A stretch of DNA of 64,000 nt from Phoronis australis (taxonomy: Eukaryota > Animalia > Phoronida). Positions 14,735-28,801 of the stretch are shown piece after piece; the first letter of the stretch is position 1; the number at the start of each line of letters is the position of its first letter. The DNA is taken from contig NMRA01000130.1 in NCBI GenBank assembly GCA_002633005.1, positions 124,001 through 188,000 of the forward strand. The letters run 5' to 3'. The notes beneath the pieces are model-generated. The model saw only the letters and a list, made by a program, of their open reading frames with translations. It had not been told where the DNA came from and made no database searches. A program made the translations under genes and the position numbers.

Positions 14735-17261
14735 AGAGTATGTAAAGCACCAGGAGCATCCCAGGGGTGCAAGATGCATTGAAGAGGTCAGCAGACACCA
14801 CTGTTCAGCTGACTGGGGACAATGAGTCATCTGGGCACCCTGCCATGTCGTTCACCTTGATGATATCAAACATTGGGGCAGGAACACCTGCTCACAAGAT
14901 TCGAGTTATCAACCACACATGTTTATGAATGGCACTAAATTGAAAACTGTTGTGCTCGACAATGGAAAGAAGACTTGATGACGAACACTTTTTCTATATT
15001 TCCATTAAAATTTCATGACAATTTGCCAGTCCTTTAGAAATTCACCTGCTTCAAATTTCTAGAATACACAAGAAACCTACAGGAGTAGAGTCCTGCGGTG
15101 GACATTCCTTGCCCTAAACATCTCCAGCTCAACTGCTCACCCAAAAGGATTCCAGTCAAAACCAAAAATCTGATAAGGGCAAAATAAGTATCATTCTCCC
15201 AGTTGATAACCTTTAACTTTTGACTGGGGTATCCAAAGCTTTCACCACCAGACATCAAGCCTTACATCATTGTACAGAGGACAGGTGATCTACACATGAA
15301 CTTTGGATGCCTTCTGGCAACACTAAAACACCTGTTTTATAACCATATTTCTTGGTTCACAGATAACATACCAGGCCAGAAATAGTTCAAATAGGCCAAG
15401 GCAAAACAAGGTTGATTCATCAATGAAACTGAATCAAGGCCAAATGCTTTACATGTTCACCACTGCACTGCAAGACAACCATTTTGCCAATATTTTTAAC
15501 GAGGGACCTGAAGTCAATAAAAATGATTTAATTTTTGTACCCTCTATTGACCATTCTTAAAACTCTGAGCCCACAGTTCTTGAGTAATGAATGCTGCTTC
15601 TGCCAGCAGTAACTAATTTGTTGACAATCCTAGCAATATTTCCCACCAAAATCCATTTTCCCAAATGTTTAACAAATGGATCTTTGGAAATGGGCCCCCT
15701 ATTTGTATTCACCAAACCCATGACACTCCTGTAATTTAACCTATATGCATTTTCTAATGCAACCCTTTCAATTTACAAATACCAAACACAGCAAATCAAT
15801 GGAATCGAAGATTTCAGGGTTTGCATTTCACAGTGATTGGTTGACTGATAACAGGTGACAAAATCAAGGGTAACCTGATTGTTAAGCCCTGGACAAATCT
15901 TCCCTAATCAGATCCAATATGTGCAAACACAAAAAATAGAAAAGCGATCATGAAAAAGATAAGACACTCCTCAACAGAAGGAAAATCTAAGTCTGTTTTC
16001 ACAAACGTAAACACTTTGTTCAATGCTGTCTTTAATCCTATGTGATTTTTCGACCACGGAACAGAGTTGAATGAACACGCTATCACATGAACAAAGTGTG
16101 GTGTTTAGTTTCAGGTATACCAGGGCAAATGGATGAATGAGGTGGGTTGGACCAAGGTCAACCAATCTCTTGTGAGGTGAAAGAAAAAGGAAACCTTACC
16201 ACTAGTTATCTTTCTTGGATGCAGACAGTCCTCACCACAAATAGTTTGGACATCTTGTTATGATTGTGGTCTTGGCTTCAGGTTATTGCTCATCATCAGT
16301 GCTGTGTACTTAGCCAAATACTAAGCCAAATATTTACAATACTACTGATTTTAACTAGGTAAAAGTACATATTTTCTGAAAGAAGAAAGTCGGCAGAATT
16401 TCATTTTTGACTTAATACTAATCTAACATTAATTGAGTCACATGACCATGTGTTTTTAGTAAAATTTAGCAAAAAAAGAGAGGTACGTTTCTAGCAGAAC
16501 AAAGGTATCAATAACACTGATATTATGGTTCAGGATGGAATCTTGAAAAAGCTGTAACAGTTTTCTGAATTATAATCTTGTTTTTCATTCGACTAAAAAA
16601 AGAAAGAAAAGGCAACAAGGGTGATTTCAGAAGTGCCTGAGTATGACGGCATGCTTGCTCAGTTTGCCAGTTGTTCAATTCAGATTTCCCTTTGTTTTTT
16701 CATTTTCGACCGTTATCGGCTATGCGTCGTTTCTACGAGTCGCGACTAACACCATACAGGGTTTCCTTGTTTTGGCGAGCTCGTTTCTCCGTTTGGTGAA
16801 GTGGAAGTTTTGCCAGGTTGCGATTGGCGACTTTTGGCGACTTCACTTTATGCTAAGGGTGGAGCCCAGAACATGGCTTTTAATAATAAATCCGTCAACA
16901 ATCACATTCATTATGGCATGCTATAGCTACAAACAATGCCAAAGATTTCACTAAACTTCATTAAATGTGAGAAATAACACAACCAATGGCCAGTTAGCAG
17001 TTAACTACATCATCTTGTAAACTAATTATGGCTTTATGAGTTTAAATACAGTGACTCTGTTGGGATTTCTAAGCTTGAACTCCAGTGTAATCCCTTCAGC
17101 CTGCAACAAAACTGCCACCTGGTGAAACAATCTGATCAGCCAATCAAGAGCTCAATTTCACTCCCAAGGCAAGCCAAAGAGGAACTGACACCCATGGTAA
17201 CAAACAGAGGGAATGTAGGAAATCACCACAACAGTTCAAAACAAACCATGATAGGCTGACT

Positions 17262-18660
17262 CACGGGTGAGAAACAACATGACCGCCGGTCCTCTAAACA
17301 GGACCTCCGGGGATCAAATGGGACCGCCGCACCAGAAAATGGGACTGACGCACCCAAAAACATGACCGCCCCACCACAAAACAGGACCGCCGGGGACTAA
17401 AACCGCAACAACTAACAGGCTAAGATTTATTACCGTTAGGCCTACACAGATCATACAATGGGGCTATATACGTATGCATATGCAGGTCTTGTGCCGATTA
17501 ATCCACCGAAATCTTTTGTGAGCAACAAAGGACACTTCGCTTTGTAATACGCGGCGCTTTTGAGTTTTACTCATCACCAGGCTCCCGGCTGCGGTATGTG
17601 ACTTATAAACAGTTGAAAGGTCAACATTTAATAAATCTAACACAAAACAACCTCGTTGTACGCTTTTGAGCTAAATAATTATAATTTTATCCACTGCATA
17701 AGTTTTAGAACAAAATGAAAATCATTTTCTCCAATTTGACGTTTAAAGTTAGTCAAGTAAAAAAACGGACGTTCTGGTTCTCGGGTGAAGCATCATCATA
17801 CTAGCTGCCTTTGTGCGGCAAAGCTGTACATTAAATGTACAGCTTTGCGCCGATGTGGGTAAAAAACTGAACATGTAAAATCTTTACCCGGCGAATTTTT
17901 TTTAACGACACTCTTCCTTGAGTAAACTAAATTATTTCATCGGCGCTCGAGAGAAATTGTCGTTCTGTCGTTATTCTGCGTTCTCTTAAGTCGGCTTACA
18001 TTGGCCGGTTCCTTTTCCCCCGATTCTTCAGTCAACTGTCCTTCTACAAGGTTGCGTACCTGGCACAACAAATTATCGAAACTGGTTTCATTTCGTTATA
18101 AGTTTTCAGTACTTTAATACCAGCAAACCGAATTTCATAACAAACCTTGTTGCCGCCAAGTTGTCATCATCTTTCGAAAGATGTCTCAAAATTTTTCTGA
18201 GGAAATGGCGCGTGCACATGTCACTTATTATTACAACAGTTCATTAGATTGTTTTTCACTCAAGCGGTTGCAAACTGCAAGGTGAGTGTTGGTTGACGCC
18301 TAGATTTTGCATGCGCCTGCATCGGTCGCGCGCTCTACTACATGTTGATGTAAGTTCCACGACGAGGTGACGAGCAGAACTACCCGGGCTGTGGGCAATG
18401 TCGGGGATGTAACGGAGCTCAATAACGCAAGGCTGTCAAGCTTTATTTTGGCGATAGTCTTTACACAGCTATCTGACCGGTTACGTCATAACCCGCAGTA
18501 TCACACAAAGGCCTTAACTACTCAGTCCCCGGCGGTCCTGTTTTGTGGTGGGGCGGTCATGTTTTTGGGTGCGTCAGTCCCATTATCTGGTGCGGCGGTC
18601 CCATTTGATCCCCGGAGGTCCTGTTTAGAGGACCGGCGGTCATGTTGTTTCTCACCCGTG
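17262..18660. mobile_element. Young non-autonomous TIR DNA transposon with CAC...GTG ends and 5-bp TSD (Transib-like signature)
   Basis: 137-bp TIRs (17262-17398 and 18524-18660) with one mismatch seen. TGACT duplicated at 17257-17261 and 18661-18665. TIRs contain ~6 units of 21 bp. No intact transposase ORF. Confidence 0.9.
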
Positions 18661-21600
18661 TGACTGGTCTAGTGCTCAATGTGCTCCCATTAGCCTTAAA
18701 TCAGTAAAATCGAGCTCAAAAACCCAATTGTTAGAAACAGATTTGTCTTTCAGTTCATCTAGCCATAAAGTAGTTTAAAAGGGAGCGTCAAATAGTTCAT
18801 AAGTTTGCTAATAACAATAATGACTCCTCCTTCGTGACAAGTTAACGAGCTTGGGTATAAAAATGTTGAAAAATAATGTGGACACTGATTACCATTTCCT
18901 GTTAACAAGAGCAATTATCACCTCGGTGGATATTAGACAAAGTATGAGGGTGAATTCAAATCAATGCTGGTCTTCAATCAGAAGGCGTGTTTGCTCACAT
19001 GTCAGCGTTCACATGGCACTGCATCAGACAACAGATCTGACATAAATTCCAGTTAAAGAAAGTTCACATGTGCATGTCCACATTTGCTCAGGGAGAACCC
19101 CTTAACCTATGGTTAAACTCTTATTTGCGCGAGGTGATCATACGTGATTGGCCAGAATACTCCTAAGCAGAGGCCGCGACAGGACGTTTTCATAAACACT
19201 CACTGTAGGCGGCTAATTTGCTGGCTAATTCTGATCTACAATTTGATAAAGCAACAGCAAAACTTATAACATTCCAGACAGATTGAAAAATCAATTATTT
19301 TTAATCCAACAGCAAGACAAGTCCATCCTCGAAATATTTTTTATTTCCCCCACCCATCCTCACTCCTAGTAGACTAGTAGACAGTTCAATCAGATACTTC
19401 TCAGGGTGCGCTAGTTTGTGTTGAAAGCACATTTTGTTTTCATAATTGATTGTAACTAAAAAAGTTTTCATTGACTCCCGTACATATTTTACGGACAGCC
19501 GCATAACGGAGAAAATTGATTTTCATTTCACAATCCCAACTGATGAAAAGGAGTGCCGTCAATCGCTGGCCTAGTTACTCATTTAGAATGGTTTACCATT
19601 TACAAGGATTTACAAGGATTAATAAAAACACCTCACGCTACTGGAATTCTTCACCTGTTTAGTACTAGTATGTACTGAGCATACGTCATGAAACGATATT
19701 GGGTAAAGTTTCTGTTCTTTACCGCCATGTAATCAGCACATTTATTAGTGGAGAAAGTTACGAATTACCATGAGACCACGATCTTTAATCGATATTGGCA
19801 CTGAATATTGACTGAACTCCACAATGAAAAATACTTAAAAAATCAAGCAAAATTCCCTTCATCATGCCCAAAAATCCCGTCCACCTCAACCAAACATTCC
19901 CCTCTCAAAAGGCACAAGCACCCTTCCTTCAGCTGGGCATTAGGGCCCTAATAACCTGTGATAAACTTCAACAGATGGTCTATTTCCTGTCGGTAGTTTA
20001 TGTCCAATAAAAATCCTTCAACATGAAGTGATAAGTCATGATATGCAACACTACCAGTCAATGGTAGTTATCAAAATGTCATACATGGAGGTCAACTGGA
20101 ATGAAGTGTTCCAAAATGAATAATTCGAAAGTTCTCGTTAATGAAACTTAGCAATTGAAATCCAATTAGGAAACTATGACGTCATTTAGCGCACCCTTGA
20201 ACACTTCATTTGTTGATTGATTATGCAGCAATTTTTTCACAATCACTCTTGCAACGCATGACCTTGTAATGCCCCGTGGGTTCTGCACTCAACGTACAGC
20301 AATTTTTCAAACTTCGTACAAATATAGACGAAAAAAGCGTTTTCTATTGTTCAAAGCCCGCCTGCCCCCTGATAAATAATCACTTTAACAAAAGGTTATT
20401 CTATGACAGACAAACAGTACAGACCATGCTCATATATTGTAAGCTTTCGGTAACGTCCTGGGCACTTCAAAAGAAATAGACGCTTGAATCGGAAATTTCA
20501 AGAAACTGGGGGCCCTTAACCAAACATGGGCGCATAACCCGAGCCAGCTAGTCAAAATTCAAGTCCACAGACCTGAAGTTCAAAGAAAATCCGCAAGACC
20601 AGTTGAATCACTCGGTACTGAATACATGCCATATACGTAACGTGACTCCGGCATTCCTTTCGTTTCGCCTTTGCAGCTGAACAAGGCCGGAATTCGGCTC
20701 TTAAACTACTGTTTAAACAATAAATCTGTCGCAGTATGGCCGATTATGATCTCGGTAATACTCAATTTGCACTACAGAGAGCACTAAGAGAATACGATGT
20801 CCCCGGCGATAAGTGCAAACTTAAACACTACGACTTGAAGGTGATCTTGATTCTGTATTTGTTCTGAAAATCAATTCAGTGACGCAAGTGGCAGCGACTG
20901 ACACAAAAATATTCGACATCTCAAAATGTCTATGAATGAAAGAAAAGTAATTTCGTCCCAGCCAACTCGACCCGTTTTGCACACTAGAATTGGAAATTGG
21001 GTCGCGCAAAAGGTACTTTTGTGCTTTCACAACCTATAAGAATCGCAAGTACAATTTTTTTCTTTTCCGGAAAATTCTGAGCAAACAGACCCATATGTTG
21101 TTTATTTCTCCATCAGCACTAATGTGCAAACAAGCTAACAGGAATGATGAACATAATCATGATATAGACACGGCTGTTCTAACGAATGACCAACAAACAT
21201 GTTGTATTAGAGACGAAATTGGATTGTTGGAGAGCTCCGCACACATAATAAAACTTAACCTTAAATGACTGAAATCAGCGTCGTCATGCATGCGAGGTGA
21301 AAAATTGACTGTGACAGAGTTCACTAACATCAAAAATGTACACTATTTTACAAAAACGGATACAATCTGTTGATTTATATCTTGTTGTTCACCGGCATGT
21401 GTGCATGAGTAATGGTCATACGTACTGTACTGTAGTTTCATGTCAATTATATTTTAGTTTTAATCAGAACACATACAGTTAAAAAGTATTTATTCTGTTC
21501 ATTACCATTAGATAAGTCAACAAACTAGTGATGATGAATTGATGAATTCTAATAAATAATCAGAGAAATAACCAATTGTGTGAACACATGATATCATAAG

Positions 21601-23041
21601 CACCTTTCACACCGCCCTCGACCTATCAATGTCTCAGGGAGTCTGGTCACTGGTCAGTGTGAAAGGTTAATATCAGTATTGGATTTAAGTTTAAAATAGT
21701 CATTTTAAAACTTTGCAGACTTGTCAATACTGTCCCACATAACCGTGTCAAAAATGGCCGCCGCAGAGTCAACTTGCTCCGTGTCAGTCATGTTTACACA
21801 CACACTTGCGCCCGATCAGCTGTTCCATGTTAGTTGCTGCGTGACAGCTGTCTCTGGTGTAAATGCAACTAAAGTCAGTCTGAGAAGTTCAGCCAACTTC
21901 TGACAGTTCACATTGTCACTCCTCGTTGACCACAGTTAATTTTGATCTGAAATTATCCTCATTTCCTCATTATTAGCTGATGTTTACTTATTTACTTATA
22001 CTGCTACATCACTATTAAATTGGTTACCGGAACTGACAAAGTCAAAAACGAGGAAATACCAACTAGAATAAGTAAATTGACAAAGCACTCGACAAGTCCT
22101 TTTTCATTTACTGTAACAGTAAAACCTCAATTTTGGACAAAAATAATTGCCAACAATATATCACCACATGTATATTAATAAGTGGGTGCATTATTTTTTT
22201 TTATTTTCCAATGGCATCTAGCACAACTGCGAATGCTATTAAGTTTTCAACACTTTGTCTGATCGTAGCTGTGGGTAGAAAGTGTGAACGCGGAAGTGCA
22301 CTTCATTTGGTGCTGCGGATGCAGTGCATTGAAAAAATGAGATAATAAAATTTCACTTGTCAGACATAATGTGCCCCTGATAGACATGTTCAGTTTGAAG
22401 AGAAAATGAAGGAGGCAATTTTTTACTTCACGCGCTGAAAGCCGCTTAAACTTCGGCAGCCATTGACCGAACTTAATTTTCACCAGTAATATTTAGATTG
22501 CGCATGTGATTCGCATCTTGGAAACATTCCTCTTGCCTAAATACTGAACATTAGGCTAGGGTTCATTCTAAAGTCTGAAATGTACATGACGGCCAAGAGG
22601 AAACACTATTTGAACATTCGCAAGAACATTTGCTCTTCCCATAAAAACAGTTAAAAATACCACAACCCAAGAAGAGGAATCCAGGTCTTGTCCAATTACT
22701 GCAGGAGGGCATGAAAAAATGAAACAAGATTTATTGCAAATTGAACTATCTATTCCAGAGACCCTGACGATCTGCTTTCAAAATAGGAAACCCGTTTAAG
22801 CAAATTTAAAACTTTGTTCTCAGGTTTGAAATAGTAAGTTACAAGCTAATGACAATGCTCTACAAAATATGATAACGGTATTTAAAGCTGCGTTTCGCCC
22901 ATGTTTAGCTGTCAATGTTTAAGTATTAACCGATGTGCAGTGGGATTAAAAACATTACCACGCTGATATGACCCTGAATTGCTGCCGAATGAGCTGGTAA
23001 CTCTAGTCACAGGCACTGCAGACTCTCCCCCACCCCCGGGG

Positions 23042-23532
23042 CAGGCCTTCATGCAGCGTACGTCCTGGGCGTCCAAATGGACGCCCCAGCACTAATATGG
23101 ACGCCCTGGCAAGGACGCCCAATGTATCATTTGGACGCCCACTGTCAATAGGAACCTTTCAAGTTTGGACACACACATTGTAATGATTACTAGGAAGCCT
23201 CTGAAGGCTCACAGTGGGGGCTCTTTTTCAAAGCAGGAAAAAATATACATTGTATATACAAAGTATATACAATGTTGCTATGCTCACACTTGGTTGATAG
23301 CATTATAAAAGTCTTGGTCTACACCAATTTTTTATTAAAAATGCTCACTACAGAAGGCTGTTTTGTAAACTTAGATGAAAAACCTTGGTCTATGGATTTT
23401 TTTGTAAAAAAAATCTGTGTGTTTGGGGGGATTGCTGGGGATGGGGGGTTACGCGTCGGAATTATGGACGCCCTGGAATATTGGGAACCTCATTTTGGAC
23501 ACCCTATTTTCGAAATCCTGGATGAAGGCCTG
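23042..23532 (+). mobile_element. hAT-type MITE, copy 1
   Basis: TIR CAGGCCTTCAT...ATGAAGGCCTG, perfect 8-bp TSD CCCCGGGG (23034-23041 and 23533-23540), repeated subterminal GGACGCCC motifs. Confidence 0.92.
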
Positions 23533-26500
23533 CCCCGGGGCCATTTTCAAATCTACAGTTTTAGGGTTAAACAACTCCAATAGATTCTGAAGTGTTTTCT
23601 TGAGTCGCTGGTGTTTTTCACATTGTTGTTGGCAACGGAAACAGAATCCCACTACATAAGGTTAATTGACCTATCGCCAGAATTTTGAATGACAGCTTAA
23701 CTGACCATTTAGAATGCAGTATTATTGACACACCTTCGTTTCCAAGCCGCCATTTTACCCGACAAACAACACGTTGCCGGGTAAAACCTATTGTTTGTTA
23801 GTCGACATTACGCAAGGGGGCGGAGCTTGCGATACGTCAATTATGATATTCGTGTTTTTGTATCCAGTTAAACAAGGTGAAATGTACTAGCTTTAAATAA
23901 GTCTAAGTAAACAAAAACATTTTCCATTCCTCCATGCTTATAAATATTGCAATTCCACTATCTATACATGAGACATGGTGAACTACCTTTTGCTTTATGT
24001 TATTGAGGAAAATGTCACTCAACGCTTATCCTTGATTTTACAAAACTTTCTTTTTCAAGTGTCCTTGCTTGGCTAACATTGGGTTAGTTCTTAGTAGAAC
24101 AATCTGGTTCCAATCTCTTCTACTCGTTATTTATTCGTAATAGCAAAAATGATGTTAGGTGACTAGGTCATGATAGCTGGCACTCCAAACAAGGGCAGAG
24201 TGAGCGGTCACCTCAGTGAGATAATTTAATGTTACTTTTACTGCCACAATAATGCTGTTCAGTAACAGCAGCACCTTATAAGTTCTCACTCTGTGCACTG
24301 TTGGTTTTTTGTTTATTCCTCTTACTTTAATTTCAAATCATAACACATATGCATGTATACAAGGTGTACAGAAAACATTAGAGACAAGAAAAGGCAACAA
24401 AAACAACAACAAAATTAATGGTAAAAAACTAACACAAAACACATTACATCTGTCTATTGACATATTTTGTAAGTGTGTAAATTGATCAGTTTTACACTAT
24501 AGCATTTTAAAATTGGCCAAAGTGTAGACTATTACCTTTAAATTTTTGTTTGAAAAGAAAAGTCTAGCTAAGCAAACAACCATATTTTATACTACCAGGA
24601 AATACTTTCTTAGAAGTCGGAAAAAAACAAAGCTGCCTTAGCTGATATATAGAGATATTCTCACATTTTTTAGCCTATGGGATAATCTAATCCATAATGG
24701 TTTTACAACACTGCAACCCCAAAATGATTAGTTGCAATTAGCTGTAACTGCTGCTAGTTTGAAGAAAATATGCACCATTGACGTAAAACTTATCCTGAAC
24801 AAGGAACATTAGGACATTTAGAGCCGCAAATTAGGTGCTAGACTAGACTACCTTAAAAACAATACCTAATGACATTCCTCCGTGTTCTCTGCAGCCTATT
24901 CTACAACTCAAAACAGAACAACTACCGGGATTGAGGAACGATGGCTAAGTATCCACATAAGGAAGGGAATACTGTCACGAAATTCAATAGTATTTTAAAT
25001 CGCGCAAAGCCGACTGCGTCCTCTCGGTGACAAGGAAAGAGGCAAGGCTAAAGCCCAAAACCCGATTCTCAAGTTCAGTGCAAATGCCCAGTGCACCAAC
25101 CCCAACCTAGACACATAAATATGTAATCGCTAACAATTCGGACTTTTCGTCGCCCAAATGATAAAAACGTCACCAAATAACAAATGGGCATATCCACAGA
25201 TAACCTGAAAAATTATTCTTCACTCACTCCATAGATCAGTTTGGTAATGCACTTAGATTATAATTTCAGGTAAGTGAACTGGCAGAGACAAGTAAACAAC
25301 TTAAATTTCTGGTCGACTACAAACCATAAACATGACTTGGTGCCCAGATATGATTCATGGCTGAGCCTGTCACAGCGGAACGAGTGCGGCTAACCCCAAC
25401 ACCAATGAGTGAGCAGGGAAACAACTGTGCAATCCCAGTGTTATGTTTATCGACACCTGGGAATACTGACCACCCAAACCTGCTAACAACATGTATCAGA
25501 ACTTCCCCAGAGCTCTTAAATTACCTTAATTGCTCGCCATTTGCTTAAGATACCTTTGCAGGCTTTCTTTAGTTATGGATGACTTAAAAGACTTCACCCA
25601 ACACAGTTGGTAAAAGGTGAGGCAGATAACAAGCTGAACAGTAAATTCCTTTAATTAGAAATGCCAAATACACCCATAAGATCTAAATATTCTTTACTAA
25701 CGCAGATGGCAGGGCACCTCCCAAGACTTGTGTGCAATCAGACAAGCAAGTAATTTCTTCAAACAGTTTCATCAGGATGGTGAATAACAATTAACACAGG
25801 GAAATTCGTTTTTTCGACCGGACAAGCATTAAGTACCTGCAGACTGAAATTTTCTGATGTTATCTTCAGTGCATACTAGGCGGCGCTGTACACAGGACGT
25901 TGCTGTAAGTTGCGCTGAGTCATGAACCGAGGTGGATGTAAACTCAGCACAACAAGCAGGTGTAAAAATTTCTTCAGTTATTAAACGCTTTTTGGATGGA
26001 AGAAATGAATGTTCCTGTGTCAACAATAATTTCCCAGGTTTAGCACAAGCCACATACTTCTAGATGTATTACAGGTGTGTCACAAATTTCTAATGTGAAT
26101 ATTTTTGGGGAAAGTGTACATACCACACAGAACTTTTGGTATATCGCTATTATTATGAAGTGCCAAACAGTTCTTAAACAAGTACATTTCTGTGTGTTGA
26201 AATGTGCTTAACCAACATGTACTTTTGCTTAATCAATGCGTACTTTTACTTCTTTAGTCCTATGCTCAATTAACACACAGCATCTATTATAACTCAATCT
26301 GAAACTGTGCTACATATTCACAAAACTGAGCTACACAATAATAGCATTAGGGGTAGCTATTTATATTCACCCAACATACCAAACGATTTTGTGCTAATAT
26401 GTTAAGTGGTGGAATGCAATGAAACCCACAGCCAGAGTTATACACTGTATTCACCAATAAAATCTATAGGATCGCCAGCAATGGAAAAGAAAACTGGTTC

Positions 26501-28454
26501 AGAGGTAGATGTCCTACCAGAACTTGATCAGCATCGGGCACAAAGTTACAGAGCCCTCTACTGTGAGATTATCCAAATTGAAACAATGCCTAGTCCACAC
26601 ATTCTGACTTTTCGTTTGAACGACTTCGGAAATGACTAAGTGACAGGTCTTCCAGCTTGACTTTTCAAGCTAAAAACTTGTAGATTGAAACAGAGCTTGG
26701 TCAGCTTTATCATAGACTTTCATTCGATTTAGAAAAGATGGCTGGGCAGTCACAGTCTTCTATTTTGGAAGAGACCGGTAATGAAATGGTTTACATGGCA
26801 ATACACGCTCCCAAGTGATCTGTGACTCCCATTTGACAATGCCACAGAGCTATCAAAACAAAGCCACATGCGAACACTCAGAGTCCGAAGACAGAGATCA
26901 CTTATTATAACTTAGGCCTGCCGCACAACGCAGAAGCCCAGCGTTAAACACACAGGACTGACAACAAGGGTCAGCATCGTCCAACTGTTCTGTGCTAAAC
27001 CCCAAAATGTAGATTTGCCACTGTACTGGTTATGCACTCAATAAAAGCCATCATAACAATATTAAAATAACCTGACATTGCAAAAAGAACCAATAAATTC
27101 CTCAAGAGAATTGCAAAAAAAACAACAAAATTTCATTTCTCCGAGCTCTGGGACAACAGGGTTGTAGGCAAGTGTTGGCAACATAACTTCCTGAATGTCA
27201 ATGAATGAAACTCACCAGAGATTATATGTTATACTTTTTATTTAGCATGCACAGTCAGTATAGACATCCACAGAGGTTAGATCATGTTATCAACGACCCA
27301 GGGGAACAATAATAATCTCGTCAACATCATAATAGAGTAAGAAAATAGGATAAAAACTGTAAAGGTCGATAATATGTTCGTTAACACTTGTCCGACAACA
27401 GGGGCGGGGCAAAGATTCTTCAAATTCAAGCAAACAATTTCCAAAAATTGTCCTGTTCCACTTTTCAAATGCTACATACTTCCATAGCAAAAACGCAGAG
27501 TATTTCAGCATCTGTAGGTTGAAAGCATAGGTGCAGAATGTGCAAAACTGCAGTAAGATTTTCATCCTGATTTGTATGTGGACATAGGCTAATGAACAAG
27601 CTCTACAACATCAAATGTAACTGACTGTCAGGGCCTCAGCTGAGCATGACTTTGTAGCTAAGTTATCTCAAAGCTCATCTTTACTTAGAACTAGAGCAAC
27701 AACATGTAACAACATTAGGCCATCTGACAACTGGAGTCACAGCAGAAAATGACCACTAATTGGTTCTCAGCAATAAGCTTCGTACAGATACTCCACCTCA
27801 TTTTCGCTCAAACCAAGATAACTTACTGCTAACTAACCTAGTCTGGTGGCTAACTAATTAACCAACTTTGTTTATCTCCACAACACAATGGACAGAGTGT
27901 AAAAATCTATACGGGATAATTGATCCACGCCCAATATAGATCTGCAGTAGGAGCAGAGAGACTTGTGTTACCCACAGTTCTACACAACACATTGGATCAG
28001 CTGGCTTGAAGTCAATGCCACAAGCAACAATGCTAATACTTCAGTCATGTCCGATTGTACAATCATTGTTTTATTAAATTCTTACATTTAGTTTAATGCA
28101 AAATATTCACCAGAAAATTGAAATTATGAAATGAGTATAAGTTTGTTGCAGATTCTGCAGATCGACAAACATGGAAGCCCACCCCACCATGGATGATGGT
28201 TAAAGAAACCGTGGCAAAGAATGCAAGATTCAGGAAAGCTAGTCCTAAACCAGACATTGGCATGAATATGATTCAAGCATCATATCAAATCACAAGTATG
28301 GGTGTTGGTCTCCCAAAATAAAGTTTATAAAGTTTCATATTTCCACTCAAACAATTGTTGACCTCCGTGTGTTTGGTACAAGTTGACGCATGAGCAAGTT
28401 GTTGCCGCACCAAATGAACGGTGGTGGATCTACGATATCACGAGGGGACAGGTC

Positions 28455-28801
28455 CAGGCCTTCATCTAGAGGGTGCCCAGGACGTCTAAATGGACACCCT
28501 GACCCACAATTTAGACATCCTAGCTCGGACACCCAGTTCAGCATTTGGACGTCAAGGAAAAGTAAAAAAGTGTTAGTACAATGGATGTAGGAGCTCAATG
28601 TACAGTGGAGACTAAAAAAATTGGTTTAGATACGATGCAAGATACCGTGCAAAAAAATCAAATGCAGATCGACGGTAACATGCCACACTTATTTGACAAG
28701 GGGTCATAAAAACTACACAACGCGTAAATGATCATGGACGCCCTGAGAAATTGGGTAACCCATTTTGGACCTCCTATTTTGAAATCATGGATGAAACCCT
28801 T
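28455..28801 (+). mobile_element. Older related hAT-type MITE subfamily
   Basis: Starts CAGGCCTTCATC. The 3' end ggacgccctgagaaattgggtaacccattttggacctcctattttgaaatcatggatgaaaccct aligns with the end of copy 1. Degenerate TSD gacaggtc/gacgggct. A further fragment lies at ~34687-34760. Confidence 0.75.

Noticed and set aside
17262-17310. Canonical 12/23 RSS in the CAC element TIR
   Set aside because: Only CAC matches the heptamer, there is no ACAAAAACC-like nonamer at 12 or 23 bp, and the two ends are symmetric.
27290-27565. 91-aa minus-strand ORF with an internal acceptor-like site at 27512
   Set aside because: No recognisable family and no good downstream donor found. It could be a UTR exon, but that is unsupported.
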